A stretch of DNA of 64,000 nt from Selaginella moellendorffii (GCF_000143415.4 NW_003314320.1:1129231-1193230), one strand, 5' to 3'. Positions 26,393 to 39,365 are shown, counted from the first letter of the stretch. Numbers and translations: made by a program. Notes: generated by a model not told the origin, from the letters alone.

Positions 26393-27595
26393 ATGGAGAA
26401 TGTGGGGGAGTGCCCGGATCTGGTATGCGCGATACTTCGCAGGCTGGATCGGCGCCGCGATCTCGCCCGCTGCAGTAGGGTGTCCAGGCTGTGGCGCCGA
26501 TGCTGCGCCGACGCAAGGGGCTCGGTAGCGCCCGCCGCGACTCACTTGGTCGGGACAGACAGGGATTTCGATCTCTGGACGCTCGACACCGCCACAGGCG
26601 AGCTATGCTTCTCTTCATTCGGCACCTACTCGGGACGGATCCTTGACTCCGGAATGGATGGATCCAGGATCCTGTGCGCTTGCGAGGGCCTCGTCGTTGT
26701 TCTCTTCGACGTGTGGTTGCTCGCAATTGGCGAGCCGATCTTGGGCAAATGGCGACGTCTTTGGAATGCGGAATTTCCTCGCGGTGTCGTCGCCGGTGCC
26801 TTGTTCCCGGATCCCGATCGCACAGGAGGGGAGATTGCCCTCGCCATCCTGCAGTACAACGGGAGGGTCGATCGATACAAGTTCGAGGAGGGGCGCTGGG
26901 AGCAGCAAAATGCCCCCTTCTGGGGCTGGTACGCAGATTCCTCGACGTGTTCGCAGCTCTTCTATCACCAGGGTGGCTTGTTCTGCGTCTTCCAGAAATG
27001 CCGTGGGCCGTTCCGCCGTTGGCCGCCCCGCCGTCTCCCGCTCCAGAATGGGATCTTTCGCTACAACTTGGGCGAGAGGAAGTGGTCGCAGCTCCGATTT
27101 GGCAGCGATCAGGAGGAAGGAGATCTCCGCTGGCCCGATGAGCTGCACTTCTTCCATTGGAATGGCAGGCTCATGCTTTGCTTGTCACACTCTCAGCAAG
27201 CCCGCGTTAAGTTTTGCGAGTGTGTCACGGATGGTAGCACCGATGGCGATGGTGGTGGTATTCACGGCAGGCTGGTGGAAGTGCCATCCTTTCTGGGGGC
27301 CGGGGTCGATGAGTTCTACCGTGAGTTTGTGGGGAACGAGAACGAGCTGTTTGTGTTCCGGGGCGACCACGCAGTGAGGCTTTCAGGGAAGGACACGTCC
27401 AAGACCAGTTTCAAGGTTCCTCGAGCGATGATGTCGAGCGTTTCCTGTTACACACCCGATGAAGGAGAAGCAATCGGACGCGTTGCCACGAGAGAGAATT
27501 CGTCAGACACCGCGGGTACCAGCGCCACATCTCACGCCAAGCCGAAGGTGGTTCCAGCTCGGCCTTGGATTGTTGTTGCTCCAGAAAAGAAATAG
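26393..27595 (+). CDS. Intronless F-box protein
   Basis: PDLVCAILRRL...LARCSRVSRLW F-box; CEGLV and W-rich beta-propeller-like region. Confidence 0.8.
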   Translation: MENVGECPDLVCAILRRLDRRRDLARCSRVSRLWRRCCADARGSVAPAATHLVGTDRDFDLWTLDTATGELCFSSFGTYSGRILDSGMDGSRILCACEGLVVVLFDVWLLAIGEPILGKWRRLWNAEFPRGVVAGALFPDPDRTGGEIALAILQYNGRVDRYKFEEGRWEQQNAPFWGWYADSSTCSQLFYHQGGLFCVFQKCRGPFRRWPPRRLPLQNGIFRYNLGERKWSQLRFGSDQEEGDLRWPDELHFFHWNGRLMLCLSHSQQARVKFCECVTDGSTDGDGGGIHGRLVEVPSFLGAGVDEFYREFVGNENELFVFRGDHAVRLSGKDTSKTSFKVPRAMMSSVSCYTPDEGEAIGRVATRENSSDTAGTSATSHAKPKVVPARPWIVVAPEKK

Positions 27596-27657
27596 TTGCT
27601 CTTGACATTCTCTCAACCCAAGCGGAAGAAGGTCCCAGCACGACCCTGACTTAAAAT

Positions 27658-27750
27658 AATGTTCTTGTTCTTGTTATGTTCTTGTTCTTGTTAATAATGT
27701 TCTTGTTATGTTCTTGTTAATAATGTTCTTGTTCTTGTTGTTGTTATTCT
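27658..27750. repeat. (GTTCTT)n-type simple repeat
   Basis: Repeated gttctt/gttaataat units. Confidence 0.85.
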
Positions 27751-28228
27751 TGTGCAATATAAGCTACGTCAAGCCTCATATTGCTTCCTCGTTTTGTAGG
27801 ATAGTACGTGAGCTTGCTGGATTGGCTCAAGTAGCGAGTAAACACTTTCCTTCCTATGTCTGGTAAACATCTCCTGCTCGAAAGCCAGGCCACAGAGCTT
27901 CCGAACCATTGGACGGTATTCAGAGACCTCCTCAAGATGCAGGACATCAGATAGATAATTCAACACAAAAACACACACGCACCTAGAGTATGAAACAGCG
28001 AGCTTGGCGTAGAAATCAGAGTCTTCTCTGCCAAGTTGAGGAGCTCTGGAACTCCAGGAAATACGTCAACAAAGGTGCCAGAGGCGGGGTGCACAGGCAT
28101 GCGTCTGCAGGCCTGAAGTTGGAAACTTGTGGATGGTCTCGCTGCTGCATCATTCTGGAAATCGCATTATCAAAGCTCGTGGGAGGACAAATGAGAACCC
28201 TAATTGTGGGTGAGATTTTAGGGTTAGC

Positions 28229-29444
28229 ATGCTTTTTGGGTATGATATACTGGTACGCATCTTGCTGTCGCTCGGCTGGGAATCACTGCTGCAAGCCCGC
28301 GGCGTGTGCAAGGAGTGGAGATCCATCATCAAATCCCCCGAGTTTAGGGCGCTGTGGCGGCCGCGTTCGAGCGACGAAGACTGTGTCCTCCTCACGGCTT
28401 ACACCTCCCACTGGCAGCATCACCCTCGACCACTCCACGTCTGCGCCTGGAGCCCAGTCGCGCGTCGTCTCTCCGCTCCCGGCGTGGATGAAGCTCCCGC
28501 TCCCGCCCGGCTCCTTCTTCGACATCGTCGCCTCCTCCGCGGGCCTGGTGCTCATCCGCCAGCCGTCTTGGCCCGACCGTGAGACGCCCGGGGTGGAGTT
28601 CACGGTGGGCAATCCGGCAACCAACGAGTGGGTCAGGATCCCACGCCTGGATCCGCAGCAAGCCGGTCGAATCTACAGCATGAGTGCCGACCCGGCGACT
28701 GGGGAGTTCAAGCTGCTGGACAACCATAACTGGCGTGTCTATGAATCAAGTTCACGGGCCTGGGGGCCGACCCTGAGGATGCCTGACATCTCCGAGACTG
28801 GCGAACTCAACGATAACACAGATACGCTGGGGTGTCTCCCTTTCGTGTGGGAGCACAAGGGAGTGCGCTACCGGGCGTGCGCAATCGCTGATACCTACGG
28901 CAAAGTCACGTACAAGGTGTGGGTGTGGAGCGGCCAGTGGCGAGGTGTTGCGAGCGATGTCTTGGACCTCTACTTCGACACCATGGATGGCGCTGGTCAG
29001 TGGCTTGGGGTTGGGAGCATGGGCTTGGACAAGACGGGTATCTACACTGACTGGTCCATGGCGCTCGAGTGCCAGGCCGAGGGCAATCTCGTGTGCCTGG
29101 CCGGCCAGTGCCGCCATTGCTACGACGACGGTGAGAAGTGGGCTGACGAAGGTGGCGAGCCTCTGCCACCCGTGGTCTACGACTTGGATCGCGACGAGTG
29201 GATGTACGTCCGTGCCAAGAGCGGCGAGGGTGTGCAGTACCGGCGGGCGGTGGTTTACCGCCCCTCGCTTGTCAAGCCCTCTGGCGTGGAAGGAGCTGTG
29301 GCGCTTGATCCCGAGGGTGGCGAGGGGCACAAGCGCAAGAGGGAGCAGCAGCCGCTAGACACGGTTGCCAGGATCCGGCAACACAGGATGAGAGCATTCG
29401 GAATAGAGGCTGAGGTGTATGAGGACATCTTTTTCATGACGTGA
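28229..29444 (+). pseudogene. F-box gene with frameshift at about 28469-28484
   Basis: F-box (DILVRILLSL...ARGVCKEWRSII) in one frame; WMKLP, ASSAGLV, VGNPATNEW..IP in another. Confidence 0.72.
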
Positions 29445-29880
29445 ATTCTCTTTAAAAGTCGTAAAATAAATAAAAATGTAGAAGTCCGAACTGCCATCTA
29501 AATCGAAGTAGGCGAAACCTCATATTGTTCTACAGAGGGATTGTATGATGTGAGCAATGATCTCTGGATTGACAATTTTTAATCTTCTATGCGACTTGCG
29601 AGCTCCAGAGTTCTGATGGTCAATTCCTCAGTCGAGTAGACTTGAAAATTTACTCAGGGAACAAAGTATAAAACCGTAGTTAAAAGAAAAAAAAAAAAAC
29701 CGATCATCTCTTCTCTTTGTTTGTCTTAAAGCATCCAACACTTCAAATCTCAGCCGTAAATTCTTACAGTCTTCTCAGATCGCTTAGCAAACCACCATAA
29801 AATTCTAGATCAAAATCCGGGGTTTAAAAGCGAGAGCTGGTTTGCCCTAAATTCTCGTTGCCAAGGAGGGCATGGTTCCC

Positions 29881-32234
29881 ATGGCGGCGGGCAAGCGCTC
29901 GTATGGCCATATGCTCATGAACGATCCAGGTACTTATCCCTCCTCCGATACCAGCAAGCGCCACCAGTCCTCGTTCCGGCGATCCGACAGCTCGCGCGGC
30001 GCGGCAATCCCCGCCTCGCAGCAGCAATTGATCCAGCAGCAGCAGGAGGAGCTCTTCCGGATCCTCTGCCCGGCGTCGCGGATCGGCAGCGTGATTGGCA
30101 AGGGCGGCAGCATTATCAAGACGCTGCGGCAGCAGACCGGGGCGAAGATCAAGATCGCGGACGCAATCCCTGGCTCGGATGAGCGAGTGATTATAATTGG
30201 GGCCTTTGACGCCGAAGGGGGCGGGGACGAAGACTATCCCGCTGGTAGCGGTGGTGGCTCCGCCGCGGCTCTTGACAAGGATGATCGAGCAATGGACGAG
30301 TACACGAATGGGAGGGATGTGGCGTGTCCGGCCCAGCTAGCGCTCTTCAAAGTCCACTCGCGGATCCTCGACGCCGACAAGTATGAGGACGATCTGGACG
30401 ACTCGGATAGCGTGGAGGAGGATCTCTCGGAGAAAGTTGTGACGAGAATGCTTGTTCCCGAGAACCAAGTTGGCTGCTTGCTTGGGAAGAAGGGGAGGAT
30501 CATCGAGCAGATGCGTGAGGAGACGGGGTCGCAGATCCGGATACTTCCCAGAGAGCAGCTGCCGGTGTGTGCATTGCCGACTGACGAAGTTGTCCAGGTA
30601 TCTAGCGTGTTTCTTCCTCTTTCTTTCTTCTTCTTCTCATTCTTTTTCCTTTTCTGGACAGGTTGTAGGGGATCGTCCTTCCGTGAAGAGAGCTCTAAAC
30701 GCGATCTCGACTCGCTTGCTGGACAATCCGCCAAAGGATCGCCCCTCGAGTGCATCCTTCCAGTCCGGCAACTTTGGTGGTGGTTCCAGGAGCTCCGGTT
30801 TTCCAGCTAGCGAGCCTTATATCCCGCAACATACTTCGCTGGCACCTCAAACAAGGCTACGAGCTGAGCCGCGAAGTGATTCTGGTGACAATGGCTATCA
30901 GTTGCTGCGACCGACAGCGCCTGGTTTATCAGAGTTTGGGACCGGCAGACACTTGGTTCCAATGGACGAGGAGCTGGTCTTCAGGATTCTGTGCCCAAGC
31001 GAAAAAATTGGGAACATAATCGGCAAGTTCATCCAGACGCTTCAAGAGGAGACAGGGGCGAAGATCAACGTTCCGGATGCGGTTCCCGGCTGCGAAGAGA
31101 GAGTCATCATCGTATCTGCTGTTGAGGTGATAACAGGTTTAGTTTCTTTTTCTCGTTTGCTGCCACCATGCGATGATGAGGAGCTCTTTCTTTCTGTGCA
31201 GTCCCCGGATGATGACCTCTCGCCCGCTCAAGAGGCTGTTTTTCATATCCAGGACAAGCTCAGGGATGATGGAGGAGAGACGTCCGAGCGTGTTGTCACT
31301 AGGCTGCTGGTTCCATCGAATCACGTAGGCTGCCTTCTGGGAAAAGGTGGCAACATCATAAGTGAGATGCGGAACTCGACTAGAGCCATCATCCGAGTTC
31401 TAGACAGAGAGCAGCTACCACTTTGTGCTCTAGACAATGACGAGGTCGTCCAGGTATGGTTTTGTTTTTCACTTTTCTGCTTTCGTCTGCGACGCGACAC
31501 GGTCTTTGGACTTCCAGGTTTTAGGCGAAATACGTGTTGCCCGTGATGCTTTGGTACAAATCACCTCAAGACTGCGAGCTAACCTGTATAGAGAGAAAAC
31601 TGACCGCTCTGACGACTATGGATACCAGAGATCCACTTCCCCGTTGTCGAACTTCGGTTTGCAAGCGAGTCAGCCACCCGGCATTCAAGCTCCGAGAAGT
31701 CCTCCGTCATGGTTACTACAACAGGTGCTCATTCCTTCCCCCCTCGTTTAAATCTCGACTGACAAGTTTTCTTCCATGTCTAGACCGAAAGAGGAGCCTA
31801 CAATGGTTTGCCACGGCTTACAAGCTATGCTGGAATCGAGAGAAGCTATGGCTTGGCAGGAGATCGTTCGGCCTTGCCGACTGGCCTTACCAAGTAAGTC
31901 ACTCTATACAACGTCAGTATCTTAACTTCTTTGCAGCCTCAGCGTCGTCACGTCAACCAAGATCGATGTTCTCATCCCTGAAGTCACTTTTTCTGCTGTT
32001 CTTGGACAAAATGGAGACAACTTGACACAGATTTCCAAGGTGAGCTCATGTTTTCTAGAACGGCAATCAAGAACACAAGTCTCTATGCAGATGTCCGGAG
32101 CTAAAGTCACTCTCGCCGATGGATGCACTGCCACCGGCGATAGATTGATCGAGATATCTGGGACTCCAGATCAAACCAACATCGCCAAAACGGTCGTGGA
32201 AGCATTCGCGGCGTCTGGAAACAAGAGGAGCTAG
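29881..32234 (+). CDS. Multi-KH-domain RNA-binding protein (HEN4/RCF3-like)
   Basis: FRILCP..IGSVIGKGG, RMLVP..QVGCLLGKKG, RLLVPSNHVGCLLGKGG and a terminal KH domain (SGAKV...IEISGTP). Confidence 0.92.
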
Positions 32235-32842
32235 CGAGAAGAAAGGAGTGGTTTAGGAATAAAAAATTGTGTGTGTTAAAGAAAGATTACATTACTTTGC
32301 AAAGAACCCTAAAAACAGAGTGCAACTCTGTTTTTAGGGCTAGAAGAATTCTAGGAATTTAGGGTGCACTCGAGGAGGAGAGCGAGCGGCAGGCCATCGA
32401 TTCTACCGCTGCATTGCGGAAGCGAGCTCGAAACAGGTGATCGCCTTGCGAAACCCCGCCTCCTCGAGGACAGTTTCTCAGGATCGCCGCTCCATTTGTC
32501 CACTGACACAGGCGAGTTTGCTTCCCCGTGCTGGAATCCCAGCGATCGAGGCCAGCAGCGGATCAGGGGCGAGCGCGGCGTCACTGCTCGCTCGAATCGA
32601 GCGAGCGCGGCGAGATTTCTCGGGTGTATTGGGCTACAGGGACGACATTTTCGTTTTAAAGGTAAGGGGGAAATTTTCTTCTTTTTTCTCACTTTGGTTT
32701 TTGGTTTGAGGACGATGATGATGTCACGTGATTAGGGTTTGTTGTTTGGTGCAAGAAAAGAGAGCGAGGCGGGGAGATGGTGGAGTGAGAGGGGAGAAGG
32801 CGCCGCGCGAAGCGAGTGGAGAATCACAGGAAGAAAAGAGAG

Positions 32843-34129
32843 ATGAAGATGCGTATGGGGGCGCCGAAGCAGAAATGGACAGCAGAGGAGGAGTGCGCGC
32901 TGCGCGCTGGCGTCGAGAAATATGGCCCAGGGAAGTGGAGGGCGATCCAGAGGGATCCAAAGTTTGGACCAGCGCTTGTCGCTCGCTCAAATGTGGATCT
33001 CAAGGTGCGTGGAATCGTTTCTCTGCTTGCTTTGCTTTCTTTCTTTTGCTTGGTTGTTTCTTTCTCTCATCAAAGTTGGTTTTTTTTTTTGTTCGCTTTT
33101 CCTTGGCGTTCTGACAGTTCTTTGCTGCAGGACAAATGGCGGAACTTGAGCGTTAGTTCCGGCCAGCCGCGGATTCCCAGGTCGAAGGTGCGTCGTGTGT
33201 CGAAATCCTCGGAGCGTACTGGCTCCGGGAAGAACCTCAGTGGCAGCAGTGATTCCGAAGAGGGAGAGGGAGAGGAATATGAAGATGAGGACGAGGATGG
33301 GAACGAAACGCCTCCAGTTTACAATCAAAGGAAGCAACTTGGCTCCAGGTATGCGGGAAAGGCTCCTTTTTCTTCTTTCATCTGTATCTGGCTGCGTGTT
33401 GCAGGTACGATGAGCTCGTGTCTGAAGCCATACTCACGCTCAAAGAACCTAATGGTTCAGACATCTCGGCAATCGCAAACTACATCGAGGTGAGGAGTTT
33501 TCTTTTGCTCTCGCTCTTGCCTCACTGTGTTTCCTTTTTGCTTCTCAGGAGCATCAGAGAGTACCATCTAGATTTCGGAAGTTACTCACCTTGAAGTTGA
33601 AAGCTTTGACGGCTCAAGGAAAGTTGGTAAAGGTACGAAACTATATCTCAATTTTACTGTTCAGTCTAAAGATCAGCGTGATAGCCAGGTAGGTAAATCA
33701 TTCAAGGTGCGAGACTACTTGTTTTTCGGCAAGACAGCCAAGGGCACACGGTTACGACGGCAAGATCTGGACGAGACGTCGCCAAAATTCCTGAGAACCG
33801 CAACCGCGTTCGACTTGAGTAATGCCAGGTCGAAGATGAAAACGGCGGAGGAGGCTGCGAGGCTGGCCGCTCAAGCCGTCGCAGACGCCGAGGCCGCCGC
33901 CGCCGCAGCCGAACAAGCAGCGAGAGAAGCCGAGGCCGCCGAGGCCGTGGCCGAGGCTGCCGCCGAAGAAGCCGTAGCTCTGGCTGCAAGGTCCGGGAAA
34001 GGTATGTCTCTGTTTACTTCCATCCTTTCGAGTTTTTGTAAGTTTTTTGTTTTGTTGGTGTGCTTTGCAGATCTAATAGCAGCAGCTCCTGTGCCTAGCG
34101 AAGCACTCCCCGTAGTTGCTGCCATCTAA
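32843..34129 (+). CDS. TRB: Telomere repeat-binding factor (single-Myb-histone family)
   Basis: [23 protein letters not shown]...RSNVDLKDKWRN Myb; H1/H5-like exons; Ala-rich coiled coil AEEAA..AA.AVADAE. Confidence 0.93.
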
Positions 34130-34497
34130 CTCTCCCTCGCCTGGGCGGTCGCATTTTTGGGAAAAGCTGGTTTAACTTTGGTGTCCGTGTGGGTCGCTAC
34201 GACGACCCTTTGTCAACTCACAAGTAAAGCAAAGGCAAGTAAGCAGTGCATCCAAAAACATCATCTCATTCACCATTGCTACCACTTCATCACTCATCAC
34301 CACCATCTGTAATCTATGAGAGGGACAGAGAGGGAGACATAGAGCACGATAGAGACAGGGAAAGAAAAGTTTGTATGTTAAAACCACAGGAAGGCTTTGT
34401 AATTCCAATAGATTCATTCACAGCGAGAGCTTTCTCGCTTCCAAACGCGCGCGAAGTTCTTCTTTTTCTCTCGTGATCTAGCGGAAGTTCGCGAGAT

Positions 34498-36377
34498 CTA
34501 CCTCGGCTCGCTGTAGAACGCTTGCAAGCTCGTCCTGCGCAGCGGCTCGCCGCGGAGCGACGCAAACGTCGTGTCGAGGATCTTCACTGCGACGTAATCG
34601 CCGGGCTTGGTGTCCACCAAGTCGCCGCTTTGGTGGTCCGGGACTGGAGCTCTGGAGAAGAAGACTTTCTGGCCGCTGTCGCAGCGTCCTCCCCACTCGT
34701 TGGGATTTCTCTTGTTTGGAGCCTCGATGAGAACGAGCTGCGTCTTCCCGAGCTGGGAATGGTACCTGGCGGCGGATGATCTCTTGAAAGTGGCGATGAG
34801 CTCCGAGAGGCGGCGCTGCTTCACTTCCTCTGGAACGTCGTCTACGTCGTGCCTGTGCGCTGGAGTTTTCTCGCGCATGCTGTACGCGAACATGTAGGCC
34901 ATCTCGTAGCCGACGGTCTCGACGATGCTGAGAGTTTGGAGGTGATCTTCTTCGGTCTCACCGCAAAATCCTGGAAGAGAAAAACTTCGAACTTCAAGCA
35001 AGCAGAAAAAACGAAATTTTTTCTACCTGCGATGAAGTCACTGCTGAGAGCTACACCCGGGATGATCTCTCGTATCCTCTCCACGAGCTCGAGATACGCC
35101 TCGCGAGTGTAGCCTCGTCTCATCCTCTCCAAAACCCGCGAGCTCCCGCTCTGGACCGGCAAGTGGATGCTGTTGCAGACGTTGTGATGCTCTCTCATCA
35201 CGAGCAGCAAGTCGTCCGGGAAGTCCTTGGGATGAGGCGACGTGAACCGGAAGCGCATCTCGGGATACGTCTCCGCCAGGCACTTGAGCAAGCTCGCGAA
35301 ACGCAGACCCGACTCGTTGGTGCGATAGATCGCCGAGAAACCCGAGCTGAGAACGTCCGACTGGAAGTACTTGATCGCGTGCTTGCCTTGTCCCACGACC
35401 ACGGCCTCACTCTTCTTCTTTTCCTGCTCGCGGCGTTGATCTTCGGCAAGATCTCCTTCTGTGATTCCCGGAGTGTTGGACAGATCGCAGTAGCTGTTTA
35501 CGTTCTGTCCCAGGAGAGTGACTTCCTTCACGCCCTGCTCCCACAGCTCCCCGACTTCTCTCACGATGGATTCCAGCGGACGCGAGCGCTCGCGTCCCCG
35601 AGTGAAAGGAACAATGCAGAACGCGCACATATTGTTGCAGCCTCGCATGATCGACACAAAGGCGGTCACCGAGTCCTTGGCGATCCTCACCGGCGAGACG
35701 TCGGCATAAGTTTCTTCCAGCGAGAGCAAAGTGTTGATCGCCTGCTGGCCCTGCTCCACCGAAGAAAGCAGCCTCGGAAGATCCCTGTATGCGTCGGGGC
35801 CACAAACCACGTCCACCATCTTGTCCGCCTCGATGAGCTTCTCTTTGAGCCTCTCGGCCATGCAACCGAGAACCGCGACCTTGGGAGGAGGCCTGGAAGA
35901 TTTGGTGCCATTCTTCCTCCAGTTAGATTTGATGTGCTTGAAGTAGTTTAGACGCTGCCAGATCTTGTTCTCGGCGTTGTCCCGGATGGCGCAGGTGTTG
36001 ATGAGGATCACGTCCGACTCCTCGGGGAGCTGGACGATGTCGCCATAGCCGGCCTTCTTCATGATCGCGAGAACCACCTCTACATCGTTGAAATTCATCT
36101 GGCAGCCATACGTTTCCAGATAGAGCTTCCTTCCTTCCAGGATCGACGAGGGCGAGGAAGGCAATTCCTCGGCAGTGCTGGGAAGAGGGAAAGGGAGACA
36201 TCCATAGAAATCCAAGAACAAAAAGCTGCGCTCTTACGGCAGAATGGCGACGCTTGCTGCCGCTCGCACACCGCGATTCACGAGCCTCAGCCGCGCCCTC
36301 CCTCCATTCCAATGCTCGCTGGCGAATGTGGAGGCCGCGACGCACAGGCTCCTCCCGGGCACCATAGCCATTTCCAT
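34498..36377 (-). CDS. CDK5RAP1: CDK5RAP1/MiaB-like tRNA methylthiotransferase
   Basis: [31 protein letters not shown] radical-SAM motif, TSPHPKD, TRAM domain. Confidence 0.95.
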
Positions 36378-36453
36378 CAATCCCCCATAAACCCTAAAAC
36401 CCTACTTTACCTTTACCTTTATCCCCTTGCGAGTAAAATTAGGGTTCTTCGTG

Positions 36454-37032
36454 ATGGAGAGTCCGGGCATTGCCGAGCTCGATCTCCCGGACGACGATGA
36501 CACTTTGGCGCCGGAAGAAGAGGAAGCGCAAGAGCAACGCCCTGCCGACGATCTAGAAGTCGAGATTGTCCAGCAGCGGATCGTCTTCATCATCCCCGCA
36601 TTGCCTCCGAGGCCGGAGATCCACAAGAACAGGAGGAAAGAGAAGCGGCAGCGGCAGCGCGATCGCGATCGCGGCCAGAATCCAGAGCAATTGCAGGAGA
36701 GGCAGAGGGAGAGGAAGCGCCAGAGAAAGGAGATTATCGTCCCAAGCATCAATCCAGGGGCCTTGGCGAGATTGCTAGCGCCGGGCCAGGAGGAGAATCT
36801 CATTCACAGGACCAAGACACTGTTCTTGAGAAAGAGGGTGGAGAGAAGAGGAGGATTGCGACTGTGGCTGGGCTCCAAGGGGCTGGGAAGGTTTGCGCGG
36901 CTCTTCCAGGAGCACAAGATCGATGTGAGCGAGCTCTCGCATCTCACCATGGATGCTCTCAAGCAGATTGGTGTTCTTCCAGTCGGGCCTCGCAGAAAGC
37001 TTATCGCAGCGATCGAGAAGCTGTGCATCTGA
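36454..37032 (+). CDS. SAM (sterile alpha motif) domain protein
   Basis: WL...GLGRFA.LF.EH.ID...L..LTMD.LK.IG..PVGPRRKL. Confidence 0.85.
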   Translation: MESPGIAELDLPDDDDTLAPEEEEAQEQRPADDLEVEIVQQRIVFIIPALPPRPEIHKNRRKEKRQRQRDRDRGQNPEQLQERQRERKRQRKEIIVPSINPGALARLLAPGQEENLIHRTKTLFLRKRVERRGGLRLWLGSKGLGRFARLFQEHKIDVSELSHLTMDALKQIGVLPVGPRRKLIAAIEKLCI

Positions 37033-37127
37033 GCGCTTGGACGACGAACGAAGAACAAAATTTCAAAGATTGGAACTTACAAATCTCAAATGGTGGTTTC
37101 GTATTTAGATTTCGTTCGAGCGAATCA

Positions 37128-38056
37128 TCATCTCCGTGCTTCGAGCTTCTTGGCTTCCTTGGCTGCGAAAACAAAGAGATTCTTGTTTAGCTTCCAGTGG
37201 ATGGATTGGGAAAAATCTTCTTTTTACCAGCTTTTTCCTCTTCGCGTTTCTTCGCAGCCTCCACCCTCTGCTGTCTGATCATTGCTAAGCGTTCTACAGC
37301 AAAAACCACACTGCGATAAAGAGAGAAGAAAAGAGAAGAAACTTTACCAAGATCCTTTCGAGCTTGCTCAGTTTTTCCTTGCTCCTGGAGTTTGAGATAG
37401 CGTTCATGCGCTCTTTGCTTCTCAAGCTCCTCCCTGATCGATCAACGCAAAAGTTTAGTTTTTTTTCATAGATTCTAAGAAGGTTGTCTTCACCTTTCGC
37501 GTCTCGAGAGCTCGGTTGGTCTGTCCAACTACAAAACGAATGGAATAAACGCCATTTCGAAAGCTACTCACTTACATCAACATCTTTCGCTTTGGTCCCT
37601 TTGGCTTTGGCCAAGTTGGGATTCTCCACTTCAATCACGCCTTGAGTGCCTTTCTTCTTCTGCGAAAGAAAGAGCATAACAAAACCAAATGAGAAGATCA
37701 ACAATAAAAAACGATGAACGAATACCTCCGGCTCCTCTTCCGATTCTACCTCAGACTCCTCGGACTCCTCCTCCACTTCCTCTTCCTGAAGAAAAAGCGA
37801 AGAAAAAAAAAAAAAAATCGATAGAGAAATCACGACATAGAAACAAGAAGAGAGTTTTCTCTCGAGCAAAGCGCGCCTTACCCGTCTAAATGTGCGAGGC
37901 TTCGCAGACGTGCCAGCAGCTGCGTGAATGCGATCAATTCAGCTCCAAGACAGGCAAGCGAGGAAGAAATACGTTACCCATCTCTTCCGGCGTGGAGAAA
38001 TTTCGCTTGCCCGTAGGCTTTCCCTTGAACTTCCCGCGGCCTCCGCCCTTCCCCAT
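37128..38056 (-). CDS. 28 kDa heat- and acid-stable phosphoprotein (PDAP1-like)
   Basis: [16 protein letters not shown]; [13 protein letters not shown]; ELSRRERE; [13 protein letters not shown]. Confidence 0.9.
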
Positions 38057-38222
38057 GACTGGCGAAAGCGCAGCTCCACCGCCGAGAGCGCCTTGGAGCA
38101 ATAGAGATCCACACTAAACAAACCCTAAAACTCGGAGGTCTGAAGTTCGAGGCCAATAAGCCCAACAAAAACGTTAACCCTAAAACAGAGTAAAGTGAAA
38201 ATTAGGGCCTTTGCTGTGAGCT
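38057..38222. promoter_or_regulatory. Bidirectional promoter (PDAP1/LSF2) with telo-boxes and a site II-like motif
   Basis: aaaccctaa (~38120), aaccctaa (~38176), ttagggc (~38202), agcccaa (~38159) between divergent ATGs. Confidence 0.6.
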
Positions 38223-39292
38223 ATGGCGTCTTTGGCGCCAGGCGCCTTCCTCTCTCCGCTCAATCCGATCGCGTCCAGCAGGAACACGAGGATTTCAGTG
38301 CAATGCGGGCGCGGCATTGGCTATCTGAGCGCTGGATCCAGTCGATCGTTGAAATTAGGTTCGATTTTGGTAGCAGCAGCAGCCGCGGATCCAGATACTT
38401 CGGCGGCAGCAGCTAAGTCTGACGACTACAATCGAGCAATGCAGCGGCAGATGAGGAATCCGTATGAGTATCACCACGATCTAGGTCGGTCTTCTTCCTC
38501 TCCTCGTTTCCATTTGTCTAGTTCGTGCTGGAATTTGTGTGGATTGAGGGCAATGCAGGCATGCATTTCACTGTGATAGAGAAGAATCTCATCGTGGGTT
38601 CGCAACCGCAGTGCAAAGAGGACATCACTCGCCTGTACGAGGAAGAAGGCGTCCGGGCGATCCTCAACTTGCAGCAAGACAAAGATGTCGAGTACTGGGG
38701 TATCGACTTGCCCGCGATCATGAAACAATGTGCCTCTCATGGCATCGCTTACTTTCGTATCCCGGTACGCTTTCTCATATTTGCTCGATCTTTGCGTTCT
38801 ACTCCTCGATGGCATTCTCAGTTTTGCTCGATCTTTGTTTTACTTTGGTTCCAGGCGCGAGACTTTGATCCAAACTCGCTACGCAACGAGCTGCCAAGAG
38901 CAGTAGCTGCTCTCGAGAGCGCGATCTCCAGCGGCAGCGTTTACGTCCATTGCACCGCCGGCCTGGGAAGATCACCGGCAGTGGCCATTGCCTACCTCTA
39001 CTGGTTTTGCGACATGGATGTGAGTAGAACTTTGCTCTTTTTCTTCTTCAAGCTTGGCATTTTTCTCTTCCAAATCTTAGTTTTGTTCTTCCAGATGAAC
39101 ACCGCGTACTCGCTGCTCACATCCAAGCGCCCGTGTGGGCCAAAGAAAGAAGCGATTCGTGGCGCCACTTATGATCTAGCGAACGACGATCCATTCAAGC
39201 TTCCGCTGGAAAAGCTTCCAGAGGATGCCTTCACGGACGTTTCCGAAGAAGAAAGAAGACTAATCCAACAGCGCGTGAGAAAGCTTCGATAG
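38223..39292 (+). CDS. LSF2: Phosphoglucan phosphatase LIKE SEX FOUR 2
   Basis: NPYEYHHDLG, IVGSQPQ, VHCTAGLGRS, KRPCGP..AIRGATYDLA; no CBM seen. Confidence 0.92.
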
Positions 39293-39365
39293 AAGTTCTA
39301 CAATCATGGAAATAAATTTTAATAGATTTTAGGGCTCTTGGCACTATGAGCCCTAATTCTTGGCG

